Source: a virus | Direction: 5' to 3' (one strand) | IMG/VR virus record: IMGVR_UViG_3300036770_005287 | Span: 21,033 to 85,032 of that record | Length of the DNA: 64,000 nucleotides | Shown: positions 27,807 to 37,298 of the stretch, piece by piece | Position numbering within the stretch: the stretch's first letter is position 1 | How the letters are laid out: every line of letters starts with the position of its first letter | Notes under the pieces: model-generated | Told to the model about the DNA's origin: nothing | The model's database searches: none | Seen by the model: the letters and a program-made list of their open reading frames with translations, nothing else | Translations under genes and position numbers: made by a program

Positions 27807-28066
27807 TGTTCTGAGCCTTTTGGACGCCGGCCTTTTTCGTGCCAGAAATGCGCGGACGGATCAATGGTGCCAGCGCAATGCTTACAGACGTATTTGCGCT
27901 TAAAATCGGTTTCTGTGAAGCCCGGCATTAACTCGAATTCGTGGTAGCTGCAGCTATTAAGTTTTCGGTGATTCTCTTTTACCTGCCGCGCTATATCGCC
28001 CATGGCATCTTCGCTAACGCCAATTACTTCAGCTAACTTCTGTAATCCATTTTTCTGTTCAGGCAT
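27803..28066 (-). CDS. Hypothetical Zn-binding protein
   Basis: C..HEF...CKHC. Confidence 0.55.
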   Translation of the reverse strand: MPEQKNGLQKLAEVIGVSEDAMGDIARQVKENHRKLNSCSYHEFELMPGFTETDFKRKYVCKHCAGTIDPSAHFWHEKGRRPKGSEQ

Positions 28067-28317
28067 CACACAGACCTCAGCCAAATAGCGGCATAAACTG
28101 ACGTTGCAACACGGTTTTTCCTATAAGCACCTGTTTTAATGAATGGCGTCCGGTAAACAGGCACCCCATTTATTGCCAAGACAGTAATTGGACCGCGCCA
28201 GTCAGGTAATTGGATATCACTCAATTGCCTTGCCGGCAGGCCATCGCAAGTCCATTGGGTTTCAGCAGGGATCTTCGGGATTTCCATTCTGGAAAAATTC
28301 AATCGATGCGACATCAT
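28066..28317 (-). CDS. Hypothetical protein
   Basis: Coupled ORF. Confidence 0.45.
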   Translation of the reverse strand: MMSHRLNFSRMEIPKIPAETQWTCDGLPARQLSDIQLPDWRGPITVLAINGVPVYRTPFIKTGAYRKNRVATSVYAAIWLRSV

Positions 28318-29978
28318 GCGGCCTTTTGTTTTTTGCTGAGATACTGCGCAGCCAGCGCCTGTATACGGGATTTATCGGAGTGTTTTGCTTCAAACTGGCG
28401 GCCCGGATCCACAATGCCGGATGATTGAAACATCTTGAGGCCTAAAAGCTCGACCATTGGCGGATCACTGCCTTCGTCAGCGTTTAAGTAAATTGCGGTG
28501 ATTTGCTCTTGCTGGCCTTCACGGTCCAGGCGGCCAATGATTTGTTCGTGCACTTTCGGGCTCCAATCCAACTCGCCAAAAATGACGGTCGAACACCGGT
28601 GCTGCAAACCATCAAGGCCAGCACCTGAGCGCAGCGACATAATGAAGATGTTTGTTTCTTTGGCTACAAAGGCGCGCACGGCTTCATTTTTCTGCCTGTC
28701 TGACTCAGAACCGGTAAACATTACCGGCTTTAAATCCCTGAGCTCTTTTAGCCAGATGTCATATACGTCCCGGTGCCACCCCATCAAGAGCACAGGAACG
28801 TCGTTCTCTGCCATGATCCGGACATAGCTGGCGACTGCTTTGGCCTTACTGACGCCGGTTGCATGACGCAGCAACAAATCCAGCTCCCGGCCGGCACGGC
28901 CTCGCTCCATAAATGAGCCCATTTGAGTGCGCATTGCCAGCTGGCGCGCAAGTGCCTCAACATCTTTGAGGGCTTTCTCATCCGGATCCACGTACTCAAT
29001 GATGCTGTTCAGTGGTGGCATTTGCTGACCGACTTCGCGCTTGGTTCTGCGCAGCATAATGTTTTGTTCGCGCAGGTATGAGCCCAGGGCCTCTGGATCA
29101 ATAACTTGCTTATCGTCACGACACCATTCCCGCAAAAACTCATCCCAGCCGCCCAGTACGGTCGGATCCAGCATTTTTAGAATGTTGAATATCTCAGAGC
29201 CATAGTTGTAAATAGGCGTAGCAGACAGGCCAAGCCGGTATTGTGCATACTGGCTGAGAATATTGGCCGCGCAGCCCTTATCACTCTCTGTACCGCGGCG
29301 CAGCTCCTGAATTTCGTCATAAATAACCGTTTTAAAGAAGCCATCCCGGTAGGTATCAACCCATCCGGAAAGCTGGCTGTAGCGAAATAAATAAACATCA
29401 GCCTCCGGCAAGCTGTAGGGCCTTGTACCCTTGATGCAATGCACGCGCAGCGTCGTGAACTGCTCGATTTTCTCTTTCCACTGCGACTGCAGGTGCGTTT
29501 GCACCACAACGGCCGCTGGTATGGTTGCCGGCTCCAATAAAAGCCCTGCAGCGGTATATGTTTTGCCAAGGCCAACATCATCGCCCAGCAGCAACGCCTT
29601 TCTGAGCAATGTCAGCTCAATTGCCTGGGACTGATATGGGCGCACGTTCTGACCATCACGCAGCCCCTGGCGCGTTTTGAATTCGAACCCCGGCCGCAAG
29701 ATATCTTCCATCCGGTTTTGTGTCGCAAAGTACTGCTTTTCGCCTTTGTTAAGCGCGCGGCGATCAGCAACTGACATCGAAAACGGGTACCGGGATTCAA
29801 ACCAGGACAAATCAGCACAGTGATTCTCATCGTTAGGAAAATCAAAAGGCCCGCTTGATGCTTTGTAAATGCGCGGAAACAGCTGCTTTAAGCGGATGGC
29901 CACATGCGGCGGAATATCCGCCAGCCGCCATTTATTATTGATAAGGGACAACTGCCCGTAGGTCCTTTTCATAACCAT
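28314..29978 (-). CDS. SNF2-family helicase
   Basis: DDVGLGKT, YDEIQ, LSATP, SGAGLDGLQ, QIIGRLDREGQ. Confidence 0.9.
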   Translation of the reverse strand: MVMKRTYGQLSLINNKWRLADIPPHVAIRLKQLFPRIYKASSGPFDFPNDENHCADLSWFESRYPFSMSVADRRALNKGEKQYFATQNRMEDILRPGFEFKTRQGLRDGQNVRPYQSQAIELTLLRKALLLGDDVGLGKTYTAAGLLLEPATIPAAVVVQTHLQSQWKEKIEQFTTLRVHCIKGTRPYSLPEADVYLFRYSQLSGWVDTYRDGFFKTVIYDEIQELRRGTESDKGCAANILSQYAQYRLGLSATPIYNYGSEIFNILKMLDPTVLGGWDEFLREWCRDDKQVIDPEALGSYLREQNIMLRRTKREVGQQMPPLNSIIEYVDPDEKALKDVEALARQLAMRTQMGSFMERGRAGRELDLLLRHATGVSKAKAVASYVRIMAENDVPVLLMGWHRDVYDIWLKELRDLKPVMFTGSESDRQKNEAVRAFVAKETNIFIMSLRSGAGLDGLQHRCSTVIFGELDWSPKVHEQIIGRLDREGQQEQITAIYLNADEGSDPPMVELLGLKMFQSSGIVDPGRQFEAKHSDKSRIQALAAQYLSKKQKAA

Positions 29979-30598
29979 CCGGCCCCCATCGACGCCACAA
30001 AAGCGGGCTTTTCATTGATTTTTTCAGGCAGGTGCATTGCAGTGGCGGTATACAAGATCAGCGCAGCAATATCGTCATGCTGAGCGTAGCGCTCTAACTG
30101 CCGGTATATCGACTTGCGCTGCGCTTTGATTTTGAGCTCAATCACAACCTGCTGAGCGCTCAGCTTCACCACAAAATCCGGAATGTCTTTATCTGACAGG
30201 CGCTTTTCGCGCTCGAACTCATACCCGGCATCTTCCAGCAAATCCGCCAAATCGGCCTGAGCCGTTTTTTCATCAGATGTCTTCAACCGTTGCCGGCTTA
30301 AAAATCGCAATAGGTCTTGCACGTCATCTGGTTTGACTGCCGGAATATCGGCCAGATTAGTCACTGTCCAGGTGTGTTCTGGCGGTGTATGTTCTTCAGG
30401 CCGGATCTGCACTTCACTTGCCGGCAGCGGGCAGGCTTCAGGAATTCGCCAAAGTTTGACAACGCCAGTGCCGTAATCAACATGATGCGGCACAACAAAG
30501 CCAGTTGCTTTACAGCCAACGATATCGACAAAACCGGTGTATTTGCATAAGTTGGCGCAACCGCCACAGTTAAGCGCAGGTTTCACAGGCGCCTCCAT
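29969..30598 (-). CDS. PD-(D/E)xK nuclease-like protein
   Basis: FEREKRL...IPDF...IELK...QLERYA. Confidence 0.7.
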   Translation of the reverse strand: MEAPVKPALNCGGCANLCKYTGFVDIVGCKATGFVVPHHVDYGTGVVKLWRIPEACPLPASEVQIRPEEHTPPEHTWTVTNLADIPAVKPDDVQDLLRFLSRQRLKTSDEKTAQADLADLLEDAGYEFEREKRLSDKDIPDFVVKLSAQQVVIELKIKAQRKSIYRQLERYAQHDDIAALILYTATAMHLPEKINEKPAFVASMGAGWL

Positions 30599-30830
30599 TT
30601 TTATGGTTAGATAAAAGCCCTAGGCGGCGCATGCATGCCCTGAATTTTTCACTGGCTAGTCGGTTGTGCTCGCGCTCAAACCAATCAACAGCGCGCTGCA
30701 GCTCAGTAATATCCCGCGGCACCGGGTAGGACTTAAAATTGCGGTCAGTAGGTCCACGGCGCAGCAATTCGCCGCGGCGCTCTGGATTTAATTGATAGGT
30801 GGATCCCTTAATCGTCAAAGGCCGGCTCAT
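30570..30830 (-). CDS. Hypothetical protein
   Basis: Coupled ORF. Confidence 0.5.
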   Translation of the reverse strand: MSRPLTIKGSTYQLNPERRGELLRRGPTDRNFKSYPVPRDITELQRAVDWFEREHNRLASEKFRACMRRLGLLSNHKNGGACETCA

Positions 30831-31309
30831 CGCCCCCCCTGATAGATAATGCCCAAGATGGTACGGGCTTTGTCGTAGTGCCCCAGCAAAATACCGTTAT
30901 CACTATCAGTCTGAACAAAGTGATCAGCCTGCTCAGGTAGCATGCTCGGATCGTCATCCAATATCAGATAGTTCTCGATATCCTGGTGACGTGATAGCCA
31001 TTCTGCGATTTCATGGCCGCGCGTCAGGCCATCAATGCTTTTGGTGCGCCAGTCATGGTGGAATGCGTTTGCGATATCTTTAAAGCCACAGCAGCGGAAT
31101 ATCTGCTTTAGTTCGCGCGGATCATCAGGGCCATGCCGCCAGCTTGAACTGATCACCACGTGGCAATTTGCTTTGATAATGAGATTACGGACCATGTGCA
31201 TTGCGGCCGGCTCAAAAACACTGACGAATCCACATTCATCGACTGCAGTGGAATAACGCGGCGACTGGATCACGCCATCGATATCCAGAAAAATGACAGG
31301 CCGGCTCAT
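30827..31309 (-). CDS. HAD-superfamily (Swiss-army-knife RNA-repair-like) phosphatase
   Basis: FLDIDGV, ISSSWR, RGHEIAEWL, YLILDDD. Confidence 0.85.
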   Translation of the reverse strand: MSRPVIFLDIDGVIQSPRYSTAVDECGFVSVFEPAAMHMVRNLIIKANCHVVISSSWRHGPDDPRELKQIFRCCGFKDIANAFHHDWRTKSIDGLTRGHEIAEWLSRHQDIENYLILDDDPSMLPEQADHFVQTDSDNGILLGHYDKARTILGIIYQGGR

Positions 31310-31572
31310 TGAGCACCGCCAGCTTTGCTTTGGCCGCAATCCAGACAAAACAGCACCGCAATGCCATCCTCTGTTTGCTGCTCTATAGCATTGGTACAAG
31401 CACAATCCGCCAGCGCTGCCCATGGCAAATATTCCTCAGAAAGCGCAGCTATCGAAGCGGCAGTAACACGCTGCCCAGTCAGCACTGAAAGTTTATGAAT
31501 GCCCGCAATGAAGTGAATCCGTGCGCCATGCTCAGCTACTTTGGCCGCAGATTCATAGCTGTGTTGATTCAT
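31306..31572 (-). CDS. Hypothetical protein
   Basis: Start taken at MNQHSYE; C-terminal CxxC. Confidence 0.5.
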   Translation of the reverse strand: MNQHSYESAAKVAEHGARIHFIAGIHKLSVLTGQRVTAASIAALSEEYLPWAALADCACTNAIEQQTEDGIAVLFCLDCGQSKAGGAQ

Positions 31573-31994
31573 GCTGTACCGCCTGGCTGCTGTGCCAACT
31601 GCCGTGCGTATTTCAGGATCGCGGCCGGGTTTCGTATCAACCAACGCGGGCAGGTATTTTTCGGCCATCCATCCTCGCCGCTGTAGTCATCCCAGTCGGT
31701 AAAAGTATCGAAAACATACTCTTTCAACATGGTCCAGCAGCAGGCGTCAGACCATTCCGGTTCGTAATACCCGCTCATTGCTCCATAGCCAATCGTGCCA
31801 GGCAGCTGATTAAAGTATTGCGATACTTCACCACCCCGATAGCGCCAGCGGTATTTGCGATACACTTGCGGCGTCCTTTCTAAATCACCGTCAACAGGCC
31901 CAGAAACTACACGCTCTAAAGTTTGCGTCAAACCAAGCGCGATAACGATAGGCTCTGCCTTTTGTGTGAGTTTTTTCAGAATGCGCGGATTCAC
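31569..31994 (-). CDS. Hypothetical phage protein
   Basis: 141-aa coupled ORF. Confidence 0.65.
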   Translation of the reverse strand: MNPRILKKLTQKAEPIVIALGLTQTLERVVSGPVDGDLERTPQVYRKYRWRYRGGEVSQYFNQLPGTIGYGAMSGYYEPEWSDACCWTMLKEYVFDTFTDWDDYSGEDGWPKNTCPRWLIRNPAAILKYARQLAQQPGGTA

Positions 31995-33142
31995 TTCAGC
32001 ACCTCACGATTGCCAAGATGGTTCGGAGTGCTGACAACACCTTTTGCTTCCATCGATTCAATCAGGCGCGCGGCACGGTTGTAGCCAATTCTGAATTGAC
32101 GCTGCACTGCAGACACTGACGCTTTGCGGGATAAAATGACGAAGGCCTCAGCCTCTGCATAAAACGGATCCGCCAGCTCTGACACCTCATCATCAGTACT
32201 GGCCGTATCACTTTCTGGCGCGGACACACTGACTTTTGAAACCGGCTCACCAACCAGGCTGATTAATGAAGCAATCACGTTTCTCATCTGGTCGATACAT
32301 AAGATCCAATCTGCATTTAAGCGCAGCTCTAAATCTTCCCAGCCCATTTCATCATTCGTATTGGCAATGATGTCATGCCACTTAATACCAGTCAGGACAC
32401 CGCAATCTTTAATCTTGAATTCGTACTGCTCAGGCACAGCCAGCACCAGCTCAGTAACTAACTTGTCCTCTAAATGGCTTTGCACTTCCTGAGCGCTCAG
32501 CAGCTGATTATCAAACGTTGCTTTGGCGCCTTCTTCGTCCGGGGCTTTGAGCTTTGCGGCGTGCCCGAGCACATAACCGGCCGGCAAATCTTTTTGAGCA
32601 AGCCACGACTGCATAAAGCTGCTAAGGCTATGAGAATTGCACCACGGCACCAGCGGCAAACTACCGATGGCTTTACGTAACATGGCTAATAGGTCCTCAG
32701 CGCGACTGGCTGAATTGGTATTGACGATCACATAGCCGGCTTTTAAATCGATAGCGGCAACGTACACGGTTGATTTTGAAAACGCGCGCGGCAATAACGT
32801 CTGGATCAGCTCTTCTTTGAGGCCCTGCTTTTCTTTGCGGCCAAGCGGCCGGCCTTTTTCCGCTTCGAGCGCATCAATTTTTGGCTGCAGCTCTTCAGCA
32901 AGGACCTGTGCCGGTAATAGTTTTTCCTGACGTTTGAGCGCCACCAGGTAAATATCATCCGTAACGGCATGGCAGTAGCTTTTAATTTTTGGATGCACCG
33001 GATAGGTAAAACCGAGCTTTAACGCGTCCTGTCCCATGCAAGGCGTAAACTTGTGCGCTGCAAGTAATACCTCTAATCCTGCTGCATCTACCTGCAACGG
33101 CTCTGTCATTTTGTAAATTCGCGCGTGCTTTAACAAAGGCAT
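31991..33142 (-). CDS. rdgC: RdgC (P1 HrdC-like) fused to FtsK gamma domain
   Basis: EKLLPAQV...LLPRAFS...LRKAIGSLP; C-terminal [28 protein letters not shown]. Confidence 0.88.
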   Translation of the reverse strand: MPLLKHARIYKMTEPLQVDAAGLEVLLAAHKFTPCMGQDALKLGFTYPVHPKIKSYCHAVTDDIYLVALKRQEKLLPAQVLAEELQPKIDALEAEKGRPLGRKEKQGLKEELIQTLLPRAFSKSTVYVAAIDLKAGYVIVNTNSASRAEDLLAMLRKAIGSLPLVPWCNSHSLSSFMQSWLAQKDLPAGYVLGHAAKLKAPDEEGAKATFDNQLLSAQEVQSHLEDKLVTELVLAVPEQYEFKIKDCGVLTGIKWHDIIANTNDEMGWEDLELRLNADWILCIDQMRNVIASLISLVGEPVSKVSVSAPESDTASTDDEVSELADPFYAEAEAFVILSRKASVSAVQRQFRIGYNRAARLIESMEAKGVVSTPNHLGNREVLK

Positions 33143-33154
33143 TTTTAACCCTGC

Positions 33155-33173
33155 CGATTTACACTGTAAATCG
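33155..33173. other. parS-like palindrome CGATTTACACTGTAAATCG
   Basis: Perfect inverted repeat just upstream of rdgC. Confidence 0.7.
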
Positions 33174-33226
33174 CCTTATAATCATATAGTTAACCAAAAG
33201 CGCCGACTGTAAATCGGCGCACAAAA

Positions 33227-33412
33227 TCACTCTTCTTCATCACCAATCAAAAGGCCTTCGCGCTTTTGGCGCAGCCGTTCTTGAGCTGCTTCAATGCGGT
33301 CCCGGATTTTTAGCAAGTCACGCGGGCCGGTGGCGTAATGAGATCTCCGCGCCTCGTTGTGCTTTTCTTGGTTGCGTCGGGTAATGACTAAATCTTGTTG
33401 GCTTAAATGCAT
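33227..33412 (-). CDS. Hypothetical protein
   Basis: 61-aa ORF. Confidence 0.45.
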   Translation of the reverse strand: MHLSQQDLVITRRNQEKHNEARRSHYATGPRDLLKIRDRIEAAQERLRQKREGLLIGDEEE

Positions 33413-33417
33413 TTTTG

Positions 33418-33795
33418 TTATTCCAAAACAGGGACCGCAGGGGCCGCATCAATCATTGCTTTGTAGTCTTCGGTTAACAGGAGGTCTTCACCTTCTTCAA
33501 AGTCTTGACCAAGTGCCGCTGCTAACTGATCTTGTGTTGGACAATAGGGCACTACCCGGTGAGTTTCTGGCACCAGGACCACAGTCCGCTTGTCCGGAAC
33601 TTTTGCGATGTTTTTGATGGCAGCGTCGGCCATGGCGCCAATGCGCTGCCGAGCATCTGGATCTGATACCGATTTATCCGCTGATAACGTATGGATATCG
33701 ATAAGAGTTGCGAGTAAAGAGTGTTCGCGTTGTGATGTATTCATTAATGTGTCTGCCCTTATAAGTTCGACCGTGTTACCAGCACGGTCAAACAA
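33418..33795 (-). CDS. Hypothetical phage protein
   Basis: VVPYCPT...YKAMIDAAP motif common in phage early proteins. Confidence 0.6.
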   Translation of the reverse strand: MFDRAGNTVELIRADTLMNTSQREHSLLATLIDIHTLSADKSVSDPDARQRIGAMADAAIKNIAKVPDKRTVVLVPETHRVVPYCPTQDQLAAALGQDFEEGEDLLLTEDYKAMIDAAPAVPVLE

Positions 33796-33804
33796 ACACG
33801 CCGG

Positions 33805-34386
33805 TTAAGCCGGCGCACTTACCTGCGACGCTGGCGCCAGAAATAGCCGCCAGTGACGCCAGATTTCATCCAACAGCGGGCTGGGCGTAAAAACCGCCAG
33901 CGCTTCAGCTGCCAATTCAAATTCAGATTGCCGGCAAAAGACTTGCACAAAACGGCTTTGCACAAACCAGGCAACAAACTCAGCCGAGTCGTCAAACTGA
34001 GCAAGCTCATGCTCTCGATGCAAATCATGCATATCGCGCTGAGAAATAGAGCCCGGCAATGGTGCGTAAATGTAAGGGACGCCGGCGCTTTGTGGGCCTT
34101 GTAACACCCGAGCCAGCCGGGCGCGCGTTTCTTCAACTGAGAATTCAAGTGCATTCGGGCCGAGTAACTTACAAAACTGGTCTTTGGAATAGGACCGCAG
34201 AACGCTAAGCGGCGTAGAGTGCCCGGCAGTCACAGGGAATTGGTGAGTCTTTTTCCACAAACCAACCTGAACAATCAAAAGGCCAAGCGTCGATGTTTGC
34301 TCAAGCCGAAACAGGATATTGACCACGCGGTCTTGATGACTGTATTTAATCGTCGGCATTTCAGGCGTTAGTAGGGACGCTGACAT
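33805..34386 (-). CDS. Hypothetical protein
   Basis: 193-aa ORF. Confidence 0.6.
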   Translation of the reverse strand: MSASLLTPEMPTIKYSHQDRVVNILFRLEQTSTLGLLIVQVGLWKKTHQFPVTAGHSTPLSVLRSYSKDQFCKLLGPNALEFSVEETRARLARVLQGPQSAGVPYIYAPLPGSISQRDMHDLHREHELAQFDDSAEFVAWFVQSRFVQVFCRQSEFELAAEALAVFTPSPLLDEIWRHWRLFLAPASQVSAPA

Positions 34387-34604
34387 AAGGCCCCCGCCTG
34401 ATTCTGTTTATACATGCGCCAGGCGGCCCTATCGGTCCCGGTGATGGCTTTGTAATTTGGATGCTTGATCGCATCCGCCAGCGCCATAAAACCGTCTTTA
34501 CATTGCAGGCAGCTGATGCCGCTACAGCACGGGCACTCAACCAAGCCATTTTGGGCCGTTGATAACAGCATGCCGCGCTTTAGGTGTCTAACATTGCGAT
34601 ACAT
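34368..34604 (-). CDS. Small Cys-rich protein
   Basis: CPCC...CLQC. Confidence 0.5.
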   Translation of the reverse strand: MYRNVRHLKRGMLLSTAQNGLVECPCCSGISCLQCKDGFMALADAIKHPNYKAITGTDRAAWRMYKQNQAGALCQRPY

Positions 34605-34819
34605 CAGGCAGCCCCCTCTGTACCCGCTGTTAAATCAGCACGAATGAACTGCTCTCTTTTGGCCGGCGTCATAGCCGCAAAACTTTCAACGGCAGCACGA
34701 ACTAACACGCTGTCAGAAGCCGGCATACCAGCGGCATGCGCCTCTTTTTTTGCCTGCGCAATCAAGCCAACTTGCTTTGGTCGCATTGCGTAACTTTTTG
34801 GTTGTGTCTTTTTGCTCAT
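34604..34819 (-). CDS. Small RHH/CopG-like protein
   Basis: KSYAMRP...SDSVLVRAAVE. Confidence 0.55.
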   Translation of the reverse strand: MSKKTQPKSYAMRPKQVGLIAQAKKEAHAAGMPASDSVLVRAAVESFAAMTPAKREQFIRADLTAGTEGAA

Positions 34820-34854
34820 ATTCTGCAGCCGGTTATTAATCGTTATTAAGGTTA

Positions 34855-34869
34855 TTATCCTAACGTTGA
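34855..34869 (-). promoter_or_regulatory. Asymmetric operator motif TCAACGTTAGGATAA
   Basis: Upstream of the long leftward early operon. Confidence 0.7.
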
Positions 34870-34898
34870 ATAGGCAATAATTTTAATTAATATTTTTG

Positions 34899-34916
34899 AC
34901 TGTAAATAAGAACAGT
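34899..34916. promoter_or_regulatory. LexA (SOS) box
   Basis: ACTGTAAATAAGAACAGT = CTG-N10-CAG with AT-rich spacer. Confidence 0.6.
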
Positions 34917-34920
34917 ATTG

Positions 34921-35009
34921 GATCAGTAAAAAAGAATGGATCTGCAAAACGAGCGGATCTAAACTGCGATCCGTTTTGAAAATGATCTGTTTAGATCCGC
35001 GTTTGGATC
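34921..35009. other. GATC-rich putative replication origin
   Basis: Seven GATC in 89 bp; inverted repeat GCGGATCTAAAC/GTTTAGATCCGC; upstream of rep. Confidence 0.6.
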
Positions 35010-35076
35010 GTCTAAGATGGATTGGAAAGATTAACTAACTACAGGTTTTAGATGGGAAAATAATGAAGAGCACAAA

Positions 35077-35170
35077 ATAAAAAAGGACTCCGCCAAGAGT
35101 CCTCTTTTATGGGTCGAAACGCTGAACACCTGAGCATCAGGGGAAGCAACTATCTCACACCTCAAATCCA
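35077..35170 (-). ncRNA. Putative counter-transcribed copy-control RNA
   Basis: TTGACC-N18-TATCAT (35205-35176) facing away from rep; terminator AGGACTC-TTGGCG-GAGTCCT-T run. Confidence 0.6.
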
Positions 35171-35245
35171 AGGTGATGATAGTTCAAAAATGCTCAGCGG
35201 GTCAACTCGCGCTCAAAAAAAAACCAATAAAAAGAGCATTTTTAC

Positions 35246-36097
35246 ATGGAAACTATCTTCACAATTCGGCATAGCGCCGCGTTGGTATCTGCTATTGAGC
35301 TTTTGATATCAACAAAAATGATAAAATCAGGGCCTGGCAGGACATTGCAGGCCATTGCGCTTTTCTGGAATCCGCAAGGACAAATCTACCCGAGTCAGCA
35401 AAAACTAGCGCTGATGACCGGCGTTGCACGCCGAACCATCATTACTCACATTCAGGCTTTAACTGACGCCGGGATAATCACGACATCTGCCCGCTTTAAG
35501 AAACACACTGACGGCACTGTTAGCTGCGCCAGTCTGAACTATGCCTTTGTGCAATCGAAGCTGGGAGAGCTGTTTGCCAAAGCCCGGCTTGCACTGAAAA
35601 AAGCCGCGGTTGCAGCAGCCAAGAGCCAGAAAAAAGATCACATAGCCCCCCTGGAAAATGATCACACTATCAGCTCTACCGAGCATGGTCCTTCGGACGT
35701 TAAGATCACTGTCCGCAGCGCACTGCTGGACTGGTTTAAATCTCAAATCTCAAAAGCTCTGCAAAGCGAAAGCAATCACCAGGGCGCTATTGCCAAAAAA
35801 GCAGCCTATAACGCAGCTACAGAACGCAACCGCATTGCAAGAGGGCAAGCATTCAGCCCTGAAGAGCAAAAACGCCGCAAAGCCATTGCAGACGCGGTAA
35901 GGCCTGAGCGTGAAAAAGCCGCCAGCACGGCAGAACGGATTATTGAGCTGTCAAAAGCCCTGCTAACCTGGACGCGCAGTAAAACCGGTTTTGACAAGGC
36001 GCAGCATGCCGAGCTGATGACACTCACGGCAAACGGCGCCTATCTGGATATCGCAACCAAGATTGCAGCTGGCAACTATTCAGCAGCTGCAAATTAG
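35246..36097 (+). CDS. HTH-domain replication initiator (Rep)
   Basis: IYPSQQKLALMTGVARRTIITHIQAL..AGII; upstream of spanins like P1 repA-upfA-mlp. Confidence 0.65.
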   Translation: METIFTIRHSAALVSAIELLISTKMIKSGPGRTLQAIALFWNPQGQIYPSQQKLALMTGVARRTIITHIQALTDAGIITTSARFKKHTDGTVSCASLNYAFVQSKLGELFAKARLALKKAAVAAAKSQKKDHIAPLENDHTISSTEHGPSDVKITVRSALLDWFKSQISKALQSESNHQGAIAKKAAYNAATERNRIARGQAFSPEEQKRRKAIADAVRPEREKAASTAERIIELSKALLTWTRSKTGFDKAQHAELMTLTANGAYLDIATKIAAGNYSAAAN

Positions 36098-36112
36098 CGC
36101 TGGTTTTATCAT
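36094..36112 (+). promoter_or_regulatory. Putative late promoter TTAGCGC-N6-TATCAT
   Basis: Upstream of spanin genes. Confidence 0.65.
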
Positions 36113-36144
36113 GGTGATGGTTGAACAACCAAGGGGGACCAACC

Positions 36145-36600
36145 GTGATAGACAAATTGCTAAAAGCTGGCTTGCCGTACCTGTCTGGTGCGTTATTGCT
36201 GCTCATTGCCGGCCTTGGCTTTGCCTGGTACCACGCCAGTAGCGGTCTGAAACTGGCACAGAGCCAGGCACAGACGCAAGCGGCAGAACTCAAAGGCAAA
36301 TCCGAGCGCATTGGGGCGTTAGAACTTCAGCTGACCAGCGCGCAGGAAACGGCTGCAGAGAACCAGAAGGAACTGTTAGCCCTGCAAAGCAAGCACCGGG
36401 ATTTGTCCGGGCGATTTACTGATCTGGAAAAAGCCAAGGCTGCCGCAGCGGCACACAACGCCCAAACAATTAAAGAAATGATGGAGAAATTTGATAATGA
36501 AAATGACAGCTGCGCTCATCTACCTATGCCTGATCATGTTATTCGGATGCTCAACAACGCCGCCACCAGCGCCAAACGTTCAGTACATCGTCAAAACTGA
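36145..36600 (+). CDS. i-spanin (Rz-like)
   Basis: N-terminal TM, coiled coil, C-terminal CAHLPMPDHVIRML. Confidence 0.8.
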   Translation: MIDKLLKAGLPYLSGALLLLIAGLGFAWYHASSGLKLAQSQAQTQAAELKGKSERIGALELQLTSAQETAAENQKELLALQSKHRDLSGRFTDLEKAKAAAAAHNAQTIKEMMEKFDNENDSCAHLPMPDHVIRMLNNAATSAKRSVHRQN

Positions 36601-36808
36601 GCGTTACCGGGATCCGGTGCCTGAGCACATGACCGCGCCTTGTGAAGTGCCTGAGCTTGGCGGGCAACAATGGAAATACAGCCCGGCGCTGTCGATGACG
36701 CTTTACACCGCACTGGCAAGCTGCAACAACAGACTGCAGCTGATTGAAGACTGTTACGGCAAAGGTGCAAGCAATGACAGCTGCGCACCGCCAGCACCAA
36801 CAAAATGA
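36503..36808 (+). CDS. o-spanin lipoprotein (Rz1-like)
   Basis: Overlaps the i-spanin end; lipobox LFGC; Pro-rich; LASCNNRLQLI. Confidence 0.8.
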   Translation: MTAALIYLCLIMLFGCSTTPPPAPNVQYIVKTERYRDPVPEHMTAPCEVPELGGQQWKYSPALSMTLYTALASCNNRLQLIEDCYGKGASNDSCAPPAPTK

Positions 36809-36810
36809 CA

Positions 36811-36834
36811 AAGCCGGGTTAGCCCGGCTTTTTT
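36811..36834. terminator. Terminator
   Basis: AAAGCCGGGTTAGCCCGGCTTTTT. Confidence 0.75.
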
Positions 36835-37181
36835 ATCTCACACCATGCCACCGGCGTCCCATCGCGCAGCACCATATAACAAACTGGACCACGGTCAGTA
36901 TGCATCAGGCCGCCCAGTAACACCGTATGTTTGCAGTAATTGGTCCAGGGACCTAAAACGCTATTCTCAGGCGAAAAACCACTGATCCCGGTAATTTTCA
37001 CGGGCCTTTCGGTCTGCGCTAAATCTGATTCGTCTATCCAGCCTTCAAATTGAACATTCACCCATTCACGCCCGTAGAGCAACACCGGTACCGACTGGCC
37101 GCACGCCGGATAGCCCGAGCTCACCACATGCGGCGCCAGGTATACGTTAGCCATATTGAATTTGCGCCGAATGCAGGGCAA
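36819..37181 (-). CDS. Hypothetical protein
   Basis: 120-aa ORF. Confidence 0.55.
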   Translation of the reverse strand: MPCIRRKFNMANVYLAPHVVSSGYPACGQSVPVLLYGREWVNVQFEGWIDESDLAQTERPVKITGISGFSPENSVLGPWTNYCKHTVLLGGLMHTDRGPVCYMVLRDGTPVAWCEIKKPG

Positions 37182-37223
37182 ATGAGCACCTTTTTAAAAA
37201 CGGTTAAATGATTGATTGCATTG

Positions 37224-37242
37224 CGATTTACAGTGTAAATCG
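37224..37242. other. parS-like palindrome CGATTTACAGTGTAAATCG
   Basis: Perfect inverted repeat, intergenic. Confidence 0.7.
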
Positions 37243-37298
37243 GTTTGTTCTTTTCTGCTTCAATTTCACGCGCATCCTTGCACGGGAAATTGGAGAAA

